Below are positions 40,201-49,500 of a DNA stretch of 64,000 bases, in pieces. Under the pieces are notes generated by a model. That model saw only the letters and a list, made by a program, of their open reading frames with translations, was not told the DNA's origin and ran no database searches. The stretch is from assembly GCA_963675745.2 (NCBI GenBank), contig CAXXWX010000001.1, positions 96,001 through 160,000 on the forward strand, written 5' to 3'. How positions within the stretch are numbered: position 1 is the first letter of the stretch; every line of letters begins with the position of its first letter. The stretch is from Phycisphaerae bacterium (GTDB taxonomy: Bacteria; Planctomycetota; Phycisphaerae; UBA1845; Fen-1342). The translations under genes and the position numbers were made by a program.

Positions 40201-41993
40201 TGGCCAACGGCGTTGATACGGAGAGGGTCACGGTCACGCTGATCGACGCGGATAACAACCCGGTGCCGAATCACAGCGTTTCGCTCGAGGTCATCGCCGG
40301 TGGCGCTGACAACGTTGACATCAGCGCCGCCTCCCGGCGGTCCGACCCCGAGACAGGCGTCGTAACGTTCGACGTCACGTCAACCGAACCCAAGTCTATC
40401 ACGGTCCGGGCCGTCACCACGACCGACAGCCTGACCCTCACCCCCGATGTCAACATTGTCTTCGAGCCCGGTGCCCCCGCCGGGCTCAGATACGTCATAC
40501 AGCCGGTGGACTCCGACATCGGCACACCGCTGGTCGTCGCCATCGAGGTTCTCGACAACGCTGATGCTGACGCCCCCGCCGCGAACCGCGTGGTTGATTT
40601 CAACGGCGCCGTGACCTTGCAACTCCTGAACCCGGAGGGCTGCGCCGGCACGCTTGCCGCAACCACGACGGTCAATGCGGTGAACGGCCTCGCCGAGTGG
40701 ACCGACGCCGAAGACCTGACCATCGATACGGTGTGCAGCGGCTATCGGCTGCGCGCCGCGGCGCTGACCTTCACGCGCGATTCGCAGCCGTTCAGCATCA
40801 CCGCCACCACGACCGACCCGGGAGCGCCGCGCGCGGCGGCCGATCTGGTTCGAGAGCTCCGAGAGCACATGGAGGCGCAGTTTGACCTGACTGGCGTCCC
40901 GAGCGCTCAGTTGGCCGACCTGCTCCGGGTGTTCATCCCCGAAGATGCGCGGGCCACGGGCGAGAAGCTGATCGCCACGCTGGTGCCGCTGGCCCAGGAC
41001 GGCACGACATTCGCCGACTACCGGGCGGCCAGCGATGGCGTGGTCGAGGTGGACATCCGCGTGCCGCTCATCGCCGGCGCGGTAGCCGAGCAACGTGGCT
41101 TCGTCATGAAACTAGAGGACGACTCGTGGCAGCCCGTGTACGGCAACGTCGATCTCGTGGGCAAGCTGACCAACAGCGCCAAACGGGCGCTGCTCGACCG
41201 CGTCGCCGAGGCGCGCGAAGAAATCGAGACACACCGCGCAAACGGTGAGCTGGCAGCGGCTTACGCTCGCTTTGCCGCGAGCGCTGCGGAGCGCGCGGCA
41301 CTGCCGGACGAGGAATCCGTCCAGGCGCTGGAGTCCCTGATGGAAGCGCTTCCGCCACGCTGGGAGGTGCTTGAAGGGCAACTGGCGGACTATCAGGCTG
41401 CGGGGGCGACTGACCCTGACACCGGATATCCGACCCAGCTTCAGAAGACGGGCGAAGATGTTCCGATGTTGCTCGTGTCGGTCCCGCCGGCCGCTCCGGT
41501 TTGGGACGAGTTGGCCCAACTTAGTGTGCCGATAGTGTCCGACCAGCCGCTTGGCACGTATGTGAATTCCACCGCCGGTGAGCGTGAATGGCTGATCTAC
41601 TACATCGACGCGCGTGAGTTGGGCGCGCTGGAGAGCTTTGGCGAGGCCCAGACGCGGGCCGCGGCGCTGGGGCGCGTGCTGCCCACGCGCAGCGAGTGGC
41701 TGCTTGCCGCACTGGTCACACGTGGTCGCCCTGAAATGGCCGAGATCGCCGGCGGACTGTACGAGTGGTGCGCCGATGACCCCGTGGCCGGCGAGCGCTG
41801 GGTGTGTGGCGGCGCCACGCTCAGTATCCAGGGTGAACAGCGTATCTATCCGCAGGCGCCCGCGGCGGCGGCCGACACGGAAACCTGGTGGACCTGGCTG
41901 ACGAACCCGCTCGTCATGCAGACGCGCGCACAGGGTGACGGCCTGACCACTGCGCGTACTGCTCTGCGCCTGTATCCGCCGTCGACACCGTGA
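37245..41993 (+). CDS. T6SS-associated membrane Ser/Thr pseudokinase (PpkA-like position) with Trp-rich helical repeats, TM helix, Ig domains and C-terminal FGE-sulfatase-like domain
   Basis: Kinase fold: VHGGLAPGVL in place of HRDLKP.N, VKVTDFG, FIDPD, SDIIAAG, EPAKRPSA. TM GLFVGGAVLVLVAVSVVAYLGVF; Big_1 module; LPTRSEW, GGLYEWC and RWVCGG. Start ATG 37245 or GTG 37176. Confidence 0.8.
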   Translation: MAATFRRLFLKPPSATPEQLGELRDGLQAAAHAQNRLAAKSLHILQFQGALQEDEHHFFIEHEPAEPLVLGDIFDPKGMRMAGGQLVQILAALADALSAAHSAGSARSTVHGGLAPGVLVAGEDGVVKVTDFGFAVEACRALGVESYLNLAVSPCETSTGEWDVADPGATHRDDRICAFIDPDKHGQGTLSTFEAGSDIIAAGMLLYVLAEHVHPYLHSIPGAQRIVDISRMSAYGVPRPVQREDLCSTKKPALRAWVSLVEGMITREPAKRPSARQVAEEIEKHAKGVDSESIQVQRWLAQVEAMFGARQWDELEALLRDRPALDDQPVEVHDRLTTIEDQSKRERAADERRAAVERDHRMANWWFKSLEEAVNSDEWHTAYRLLDERPPLTHWPERIEQQVAPLAKRIRQVRAEHELHTWHESLQNAHDAEDWKTVATLIGKRPALEHWPQDIAENTARIEEAFEAHQAAMRAERERIAADHKVAQEWLGQAQALAAKEEWVSAIDSLAELPQIKHWPDGLREQVDELEDEYRSQLGESVVANLDAFTDSVARQAGEMARELVPDSCGGLLAPDRVETKVDFVMWAPPDTDAHGRARVVVRLTPETAGDKAEPLQGQLDFRLKAVEVLITGGEAEFRAQISQGLPDLLFKRQQAEVAALQERLRDSVFPNLSVSAQLDTPEEQLRAKIGLLGSDASTGQLEVALRWEADSLTWVPVDAAGLVSHALEIAQTITTAAVRERLVTSCEPLGPYRDALLPILGAGAAESGDKLPKTLKYTAEVVIQSGPRRLALPLAVLAVECTEVGRADVSINAEEICRRLDELLLAAQESYRAGLFEQSRQWGHTSTARARVAVQPKRITVPTDEIRFDLRPQGADPATVTGKWDTGRFAYVFSNEAQQILTKLLGETPENFGDVPVSLEAAQKRGKSRGGLFVGGAVLVLVAVSVVAYLGVFRTPAPPPAPPPAPVAPPDPMNSTVTTADGMAVANGVDTERVTVTLIDADNNPVPNHSVSLEVIAGGADNVDISAASRRSDPETGVVTFDVTSTEPKSITVRAVTTTDSLTLTPDVNIVFEPGAPAGLRYVIQPVDSDIGTPLVVAIEVLDNADADAPAANRVVDFNGAVTLQLLNPEGCAGTLAATTTVNAVNGLAEWTDAEDLTIDTVCSGYRLRAAALTFTRDSQPFSITATTTDPGAPRAAADLVRELREHMEAQFDLTGVPSAQLADLLRVFIPEDARATGEKLIATLVPLAQDGTTFADYRAASDGVVEVDIRVPLIAGAVAEQRGFVMKLEDDSWQPVYGNVDLVGKLTNSAKRALLDRVAEAREEIETHRANGELAAAYARFAASAAERAALPDEESVQALESLMEALPPRWEVLEGQLADYQAAGATDPDTGYPTQLQKTGEDVPMLLVSVPPAAPVWDELAQLSVPIVSDQPLGTYVNSTAGEREWLIYYIDARELGALESFGEAQTRAAALGRVLPTRSEWLLAALVTRGRPEMAEIAGGLYEWCADDPVAGERWVCGGATLSIQGEQRIYPQAPAAAADTETWWTWLTNPLVMQTRAQGDGLTTARTALRLYPPSTP

Positions 41994-42295
41994 CGCCTCG
42001 CACCGCGCGGCAGAGTCTGCTTGTCGCGGTGCCGCCCGGACCGACTGACCGGTTCTCGTCGAGTGGTTGCCGACCTTGCGCAGCGCGCCTAGCATATCAT
42101 GTGCTCGCGGAAACACTTGCCGGGTTCGGGTCGGCGGTATATTGTGCGTGGCATGGCCGTGTGGCGCTGCGCAGTGCGGGCAGTGCCTGTTAACCTGTCT
42201 TGCGGGGCAATGCCCCGCAGTGCGGCATCGACTGCTGTTCGGGCGTCGATGTCGGTCGGTCCGATCTAGGCCCCGGTGAGTGCAGGGCGTCGGCG

Positions 42296-43477
42296 ATGGC
42301 TAATAGCGAATCAGAAAACGCGCTGCGGGACGCCGCGGGCAATGCCTTCGAGTCGTTTCGCGTTGCGTTGGCCAAGGCTCCCGAGCCGGATCGCTATCGT
42401 CTGCTGGCGACATTCTTCGAGGACCTGGCAAACCACCAGCAGTCGCAAAGCGGCGTTTCAAACGCCGCCGAACGGGAACACGTTGAACTGCTGGGCAAGA
42501 AACTGCAACGCATTAATGAAGAGCGCGCGCAGCTTGCGGATGACCTGGCGGCCAGCCGTGCTGATGTGGAACATCGCCGCAAACAGCTCGAAGCGGAACT
42601 GGAACGCAGCAGCGAGCTGGAGCGAATCAGCAACGAGCAGCGGGAGCGACTTAAATCGACGCAGCAGCAATTCGCCGAGCTCGAAGAGCAGGTTATTGCC
42701 AAGAATGCGGCGTTGCACGAGGCCGAAAACCAGGTTGAAACGCTCACGCTGCGGCTTCAGCGGGCTGATCTGGCAGCCGGCGACACATCGCGTGTGGATG
42801 CCATTGAGGACGACCGGCGGGAGCTGCGCCGTCAGTTAGAGGAGCTTAGCAACGCGCGGGAGCAACTGCGTATGGACAAAGACGCCGAGATCGAACGACT
42901 CAAGACCGAATTGGCGGAAGTGCGTGCGGCCGCCGCGCGCAGCGGTGACGAGACGCTGGCGGCATTGTGGGAACGTCTGGCCCATGCCAAGCCCCACCTG
43001 GCCCCGGGCGGGGTCCAGCCCACACCGCAGGCCGCCGAGCGGCTATTCGACGCATTCATCGAGTTGGCGCTGTTCACGCATGACTTCGATCAGAGCATGC
43101 GGCCGTTTCTGGGCAGCCTGGCGCGCTACAGCGGCTCGCTGGGGCGCCCGTGGGATGCGTATGCGAAGTCACCGGGAATCGACGACCTGGTCCGCGACAT
43201 TATTGACGTGCAGGCCGGCAAGCCGGCGGCGGTGCTGAAAGCCCGCCTGGTGGCGCTGAAGCGTTGGGTGATCGCGACAATCATGGGCAGTGATACCGCC
43301 GTCGAATCGATCGCGCACGAGCTTGAAGAGCAGTTGCGCGGCGACGTCGGGATGGGAAACGATCCGAATCGCAAGGTAAAGGACTACGTTCGCGACGACG
43401 GACACCAGTTGTTCCTGGAGCATATTCGCGAGCTGCGGAGTCAGAAATTGGCCGACATCTACGCACACGGGGTATGA
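42296..43477 (+). CDS. Coiled-coil protein in T6SS cluster (unknown; possible FHA-less TagH/Fha counterpart)
   Basis: About 200-aa heptad-rich Glu/Gln/Leu/Arg region plus a helical C-terminal domain. Stop overlaps the start of the next gene (ATGA). Confidence 0.7.
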   Translation: MANSESENALRDAAGNAFESFRVALAKAPEPDRYRLLATFFEDLANHQQSQSGVSNAAEREHVELLGKKLQRINEERAQLADDLAASRADVEHRRKQLEAELERSSELERISNEQRERLKSTQQQFAELEEQVIAKNAALHEAENQVETLTLRLQRADLAAGDTSRVDAIEDDRRELRRQLEELSNAREQLRMDKDAEIERLKTELAEVRAAAARSGDETLAALWERLAHAKPHLAPGGVQPTPQAAERLFDAFIELALFTHDFDQSMRPFLGSLARYSGSLGRPWDAYAKSPGIDDLVRDIIDVQAGKPAAVLKARLVALKRWVIATIMGSDTAVESIAHELEEQLRGDVGMGNDPNRKVKDYVRDDGHQLFLEHIRELRSQKLADIYAHGV

Positions 43478-44148
43478 AAACCATGGCGAATACCGCACCA
43501 CGACCGAATTCTGTGATCGGCGCCATTCGGCGCTACGGGCTGCTTGGGGGCTGTCTGCTGGTCATGGCCATGCAGGCCGGCTGCGCGGCCCGGACCATCT
43601 CTATTTACCAGGATCCGTATATCAACACCGCGGCCCAGGCCAATCGCGCGCCGGCGGACCGCACCGGCGAACCGCTCGAGCTCGCCATCGTCTGCGTCTA
43701 TCCGGACGATCTCAAGAATCCGCAGAACGAGCTGCTGCGGCCGACGTCGTCGATCACCTCCCGCGACTGGTTCGAACGCCGACCGCAACTCGGTATGGAG
43801 AACCAGTCGGCATTCGATCTGCCCAAGGATCGCGTATACGTGATGACGATCGCCGACGACGTCTATGGACGCAAAATCGGCAGCGCGCTGCGCGGCGCCA
43901 AGCTCGACGGCGAGGCCCCCATCCAGAAAAAGGCGATCGAGTTCGATTCCTTCAAACTGCGCGACAGCGATTCGGTGATCTACGTGTTTGGCAAGTTCCT
44001 GGATTCGGCGGGCAACTACTTACCGGTGCCACCGGCCAAGTACAACCCGCCGGGCGCGTACATCCACAAGCTGAGTGTGAAAATCGGTGTCGACGCGGAT
44101 CGTCCGCTGGAAGAAGCTCAGTACATCCGCGTGCTGAACGATCGCTAG
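43474..44148 (+). CDS. T6SS lipoprotein, TssJ-like (divergent)
   Basis: Lipobox-like QAGC; YIN.....G.PLELAIVCV (similar to TssJ IN...G...P..V.VY.L); located directly before tssK-tssL-tssM. Confidence 0.6.
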   Translation: MKTMANTAPRPNSVIGAIRRYGLLGGCLLVMAMQAGCAARTISIYQDPYINTAAQANRAPADRTGEPLELAIVCVYPDDLKNPQNELLRPTSSITSRDWFERRPQLGMENQSAFDLPKDRVYVMTIADDVYGRKIGSALRGAKLDGEAPIQKKAIEFDSFKLRDSDSVIYVFGKFLDSAGNYLPVPPAKYNPPGAYIHKLSVKIGVDADRPLEEAQYIRVLNDR

Positions 44149-44238
44149 CCAAGCGGCGCGGACGCGCAGGCGCCCGCGGGCCGCGGGGAGTCACCTATCG
44201 GGGCGTCAGTCGCGGGCGCCGGCCGGAGAACAGGGCGA

Positions 44239-45660
44239 ATGACGTTTTGGACGGAGATACACTGGTACGAGGGCGTCTTCCTGCGGCCCCACCACTTGCA
44301 GGCCGCCCAGCGCCGCTCAGAGACGCTGGTACGCTCATCATTGGATGCAACGCGGTCATTCGCGTGGGGCGCGGTGGAACTGGAGATCGCCCCCGAGCCG
44401 ATGGAGAACTTCACGCTGCGCGTTGACCGCTGCGAGTTGCGTCTCAAGGACGGCACCTGGGTGCGCATCCCGGACAACACCGAGGTCCCCCCGCTTAGCT
44501 TTGAGGATGCGCTCGAAGCCGGCGGCGGCAAGGTGGATATCTACTTCGGCGTGCCGCAGATGCAGGAGGTGCGGGCCAACGCGGTCTCGCTGGAAGCGCC
44601 GGAGAAAGTCAGCGGAATCCCACGCTTTGAGCCACACCCGATCACACGCCGTGATGAAAACACGGGCGAGAATCCGCAGACGCTCTACGTACGCCGCATG
44701 CGCGGCAAGCTCTTCGTGGCCGGCGACGACATGACCGGCTATGAGGTGGTGCGCCTTTGCCGGGTGAAGCGCACCGACCGCCCCGGCGCCGTGCCCGAGT
44801 TGGATGAGAAGGGCGCGGGGCCGTTGTTGGCGATCCAGGCCGACGCCGGTCTCAGCTCGATGATCTCGTCGCTCGCGGACCAGGTGGAAGCCAAGGACGA
44901 GGTGCTGTCACGCGAGGCCCATGAACACCGCATGATGTTCACGGACGGCGTTCCGGCCAACGTGGAGCATCTGCTCCGGTTGAACGCACTGAACGGCGCG
45001 CGCACGCAGCTTCGCGCGCTGCTGCAAAGCGCGCTGCTGCATCCCTACGACATGTTTGTGGCATTATCGCGGCTGATCGGCGAGATCTCCGTCTTCCATG
45101 AAGACCTGGTGGCCCAGCCGATTCCCGCCTACGATCACGACAACCCCGGCGAGACCTTTGATCAGCTGTACCGGCGCTTGCTGGTGCTGCTGGATGCGCT
45201 GCGGCCGATGGCGTACGTCGAGCGTCCGTTCGCGCGCAAGAAGGATGAGCGCGGGCGCGACGGACTCGAGGTGGAGCTCGACCGCAGTTGGATCGACGAC
45301 AACCTGGATATGTATGTGGGCCTGCATTCAGATGAGCACGATGTCAACGAGCTCCAGCAGCACATCTACGGCACACTGGATATGAAGCTGGCCTCGCCAC
45401 GCCGCTCACCGCGGATTCACAACATCGCGGTGCGCGGCTTGCGTCTACAGATCAAGGCGGTGCCGGCGGGCACCCTCCCCCGGCGTGCCGCGCTGCACTA
45501 CTACCGCGTGGACAAGACAATCGGTCCGGACCGGACCGACTATTGGCGCGAATGCGAGCAGGAGCGGGGTATCCGCATGAGCATTCGCGAGGGTCAAATG
45601 GCGGCGATGGAGAAGTTCAAGCCGGCCCTGTACGTTTGCCTGAAGGCGCCAGCGCGATGA
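44239..45660 (+). CDS. tssK: T6SS baseplate protein TssK
   Basis: IHWYEGVFLRPHHLQ, WG, LHPY, PAYDHD and ASP...GLRL...P..LP. Confidence 0.92.
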   Translation: MTFWTEIHWYEGVFLRPHHLQAAQRRSETLVRSSLDATRSFAWGAVELEIAPEPMENFTLRVDRCELRLKDGTWVRIPDNTEVPPLSFEDALEAGGGKVDIYFGVPQMQEVRANAVSLEAPEKVSGIPRFEPHPITRRDENTGENPQTLYVRRMRGKLFVAGDDMTGYEVVRLCRVKRTDRPGAVPELDEKGAGPLLAIQADAGLSSMISSLADQVEAKDEVLSREAHEHRMMFTDGVPANVEHLLRLNALNGARTQLRALLQSALLHPYDMFVALSRLIGEISVFHEDLVAQPIPAYDHDNPGETFDQLYRRLLVLLDALRPMAYVERPFARKKDERGRDGLEVELDRSWIDDNLDMYVGLHSDEHDVNELQQHIYGTLDMKLASPRRSPRIHNIAVRGLRLQIKAVPAGTLPRRAALHYYRVDKTIGPDRTDYWRECEQERGIRMSIREGQMAAMEKFKPALYVCLKAPAR

Positions 45661-46463
45661 GCGATTATCACGACAACGTCCCGACTGTCAGACTGACGGA
45701 AGTCTGCTGGCCGGTTTTCGATTTCCTCATCAACTTTGCGCGGCAGATCAAATACAACGCCGCCCCCCCACCGGACCAGGTGCGCTTCGAAGCCCTCTCG
45801 GCCGTGCGCGACGCCGAAGATCTGGCGCGACGTGATCCGATCTCCGAGCGTCTGTGGGAAGACCGCGTCAAGGCGATGATGGTCTACCTGATAGACTACA
45901 AGATGCTCAATTGCGAGTGGGAAGGCCGCGACTTCTGGTTTGACGGGCGCTTCGAAACCGACCCCGATGTGCTCAACAACATCGAGGCGCTGGGCGGCGA
46001 GAAGTTCTTTGAGGACTGCGACGAGATTCAACGCGAGTACGAACTGGCCGAACGCCGGGACCGGCGGGACAAGCACGAGCTGGCCGAGCAACTCGCGCTG
46101 TATTTCATCTGCCTGCGGCTGGGCTTCAAGGGACAATTCCATGATCGTCCCCAGGAGTTGGCGGACTACACGCGCCGGTTGTTCACGCGCTTGCCGGCGT
46201 ATTCGTCGACGCGCGGTAAGGAAATGTTCCCTGAAACCTACCGGCACAACCAGGAACTCAGGGTGGATTACAAGCTGGGTCGCAGCTTGACGGTCGTGCT
46301 GATCGGCCTGCTGGCGGTCATCGCGATATCTCTGGTGACATTCCGTATTGCCTGGAGCCGGGCGGTAAGAGACATCCACACGGTGGCCACGGAATGGGTG
46401 TCGAGTGACAGCCAACCGGCCACGACCGGCGATGATGCGGCCGAAGATGGTGAGCAATCATAG
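45657..46463 (+). CDS. tssL: T6SS membrane protein TssL (DotU family), no OmpA domain
   Basis: GGEKFF, LYFICLRLGFKGQF and a single C-terminal TM. ATG 45657 overlaps the tssK stop. Confidence 0.88.
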   Translation: MSDYHDNVPTVRLTEVCWPVFDFLINFARQIKYNAAPPPDQVRFEALSAVRDAEDLARRDPISERLWEDRVKAMMVYLIDYKMLNCEWEGRDFWFDGRFETDPDVLNNIEALGGEKFFEDCDEIQREYELAERRDRRDKHELAEQLALYFICLRLGFKGQFHDRPQELADYTRRLFTRLPAYSSTRGKEMFPETYRHNQELRVDYKLGRSLTVVLIGLLAVIAISLVTFRIAWSRAVRDIHTVATEWVSSDSQPATTGDDAAEDGEQS

Positions 46464-46511
46464 ATTTCATAACCCGCCGCCCGACGGCGTGAGCGACTCA
46501 CGAGGTTTGCG

Positions 46512-49500
46512 ATGAAAAAGCTCATGGGAATGTTCAAGGGCATGCCGCCCGAGTTGCGGATGTTCGTGGCCATGGCGGGCCTCGGCACACCGCTGGGCGC
46601 CATATACCTGCTCCAGCGCTTTGTATTCAAAGGCGTGCCGCTGTTCTTCATCATCATCGGCGTGGCGGTCGTCGTGGGCGCCCTGCTGCTGGTCGGCTTC
46701 CTGGTTAACAGGCTGTGGGGCCGCTCAGCCCGCAAACGCCAGAAGAAAATGGAAGGCGAACTGGCCAGCGGAGCCGAGGCGGGTCCGGTCTCGATGGATC
46801 TGCGCGCCGCGGTCAAATCCAACAACGAGAAGTTCTTTGGCGCCATCAAGGACATGCGCAAGCTGGGGATCAGCGTCTACGACCTGCCCTGGTACATAGT
46901 CATCGGCGACTCGGGCTGCGGAAAGACGAAGCTCGTCAATGAGGGCGGATTGACTTTCTCGACCGGCAAGCCGGAGGGTTACCAGCTCGGCACGTTGAAC
47001 TACAACTGGTGGTTCACCGAAGATGCCATTTTCGTTGATATGGCCGGCCGGCTCTGCAACCCGCAGGATGACGCCGACCATCGTGAATGGCAGTCTTTCC
47101 TGAAGACGGTCGGCGCCGGCCGCAAGGGTTACCCCATCAACGGCGCCATCTGCTGCGTATCCGCCGAACACCTGCTCCAGGATTCGCCCGAGAACCTGGA
47201 GCAAGACGCCAATACGATGCTCGAACGCTTGCGCGACCTGCAAAGCAAGCTGGGCGTCACCTTCGCGACTTATCTGGTCATCACCAAGTGCGACAAAATC
47301 GTGGGGTTCATGCAGTTCTTCGACCGGGCCGAGCGCGACATCACCATCAAAAACCAGATGTTCGGCTGGTCCAAGCCAACCGGTTTTGACGAACTCTACG
47401 ATCCGGAGCGCTTCAGCGAGGATTTCGACGGCGTATATGCGCGGTTAAACGAGTTGCGCCTCAGGCGCCTCAACGATGACGTGGACGAGCTCGAACTGGG
47501 AATGGCGTATGGTTTTCCCGAGGAGTTCGCGCAGCTTCGCGAACCGTTGCAGATTTACGTCCGCGCTCTGTTCCCCATGATCAAGAACCCGCGCGCCGTC
47601 AAGAACCTGATATTCCGCGGTTTGTACTTCACGAGTGCCACGCAGCAGGGTTCGCTGATCCTGCGGCACCTGACCGACCGCCTCGGCACCGACGCCGCGG
47701 GCCAGTTTCCGCCGCTGGAGAGCCTCTATCCCCGACCGCGGCCGCACTTTGTCAAGGACATGCTGATTCGCAAGGTCTTTCCGGAACACGGCCTGGTGTT
47801 CCGCAACGAACAGGAAGTGGTGCGGAATCGCAAGCTGTCCCGGCTGTTGACGATCGCGTCGGCCGCTGTGAGTGTGGTGCTCATATTGTTGCTGGTCATC
47901 AGCGCGGTCAAGTTCGGCAGCCTGATCAGCGAGCCAAGTGTGCGCGCCAATCAATCGCCGCAACTGGCTGCGAAGCCGGTCGAAGCGCTTGAACATGTCG
48001 GCAAGCTCGCCGCCGACGTGGACACGCTGAAAGGCAGCATGTGGCCGACAATCCTCTCGCTGGGCATCGGTGCCAGCCAGCCGGTCAAGGACCTCACCAA
48101 GATTCAGTTGCTGCTGTTCGAAGAGAGTGGTCTGCGCAGCCGCCTCGAGGGCGTCGATGACGGATTGCGGACCGCTGAAATAGTGTCCGACGAGCAGCCG
48201 GGCCAGGGCGGCGTGCCGCTCACGGCCTATCTCGAATCGTTGAACGAGTACATCGCCTGGTACGGCTGCGCCGACGGCGAATCACTGCCCGAGCATCTGG
48301 ATCATGCCAGCTTTGAGCGCCTGGGCGCCATCACCAGGGCCGCCGGCCTGCCCGATGCCCAGGGCAAGCGCGCGGAGATGATCAGCGAGCAGGCCCCCAG
48401 GTATTTCACCGAGATTCACACGCGCGACTGGCACAACCCGGCGCGCATACTGACCGAACCCGGCCTTGACGGTCGCACGCTTGACCCGCCTGGAACGATC
48501 CAGGCCGCGATCTTCCGGCTGCACGACTACATGCGTCGCTATGCGGTGCTGAACGAAACTCACCCCAACGATGTTGTGCGCGAATGGGCGCGAATCCGCG
48601 ATGCCTGCGCGCGCATCGAGGAGTCTTACGCACAGATGCTCGGCGCCGTGTCGGGTCAACTGACCACGCGCCAGCAGCTTGAGGATCTCGCCACGACGTT
48701 CAGCGAGAATTTCAAGATCTTCAACGACTCGGTCGCCGAGCTCGAATGGCGCCTCAAGCCTGCCAGCGGCTTTTTGCGAATCGCCATGATACGCGACGCG
48801 CTGCTGGTCGAGCGTGAGCGCTGGCTTGCGCAACAGAGCGCAATGCGGGAGGCGTATGCGACGTGCAACGAGGCCGCCGGCGACAATCCGAACGACCCGG
48901 TGCTCGTCGCGATTGATGCTCTGTCAACCGGCATGGACACGCAGCTCCGCGGACTCGACCGCATGCTCGCCGACAGCATCCAGGCCGCCGGTCTGGCCGA
49001 TCGCGGATACTTCGAGGGCTATTTTGACGATGCGTTTCACCAGCTCGTCAAAGAGGTGGATGCCGCCTACGGGCACATCTTCACGATCGTTCGCGCCGGG
49101 GATGCTCCGGACGACGACGCGCTGGAGCTGACCGTTCAGTTGACCGGCACGGTACACCCCACGCTGAAGCAGGTCGCCGCCCGGCTGGGCAAGCTCGGCG
49201 CGGGCAGCCTGGGAGCCGATACACCCGCCGATTGGATCGCCGAGATAAAGGATCTGCTCTACGGCGAAGAGGATGAGGGCCCGACAACCATCGATGCGAG
49301 TCGCTTCGGCGAGTTGCACGCCCGCTGGCGCCCGCAGCAGCTTGCGAATCTGAGCACCGCCTACGAGGAGTTACTGCTGAAGGGTCGCGGCACACTGTTG
49401 CTGCGCTCGATCGAGAGCAGTCTGGCAGATGTCGGCCCGTGGGGCATTGGTGAGTTGCAGCCCGAGTGGCGCGACATGCGGCGTTCGGCATACTACATCG

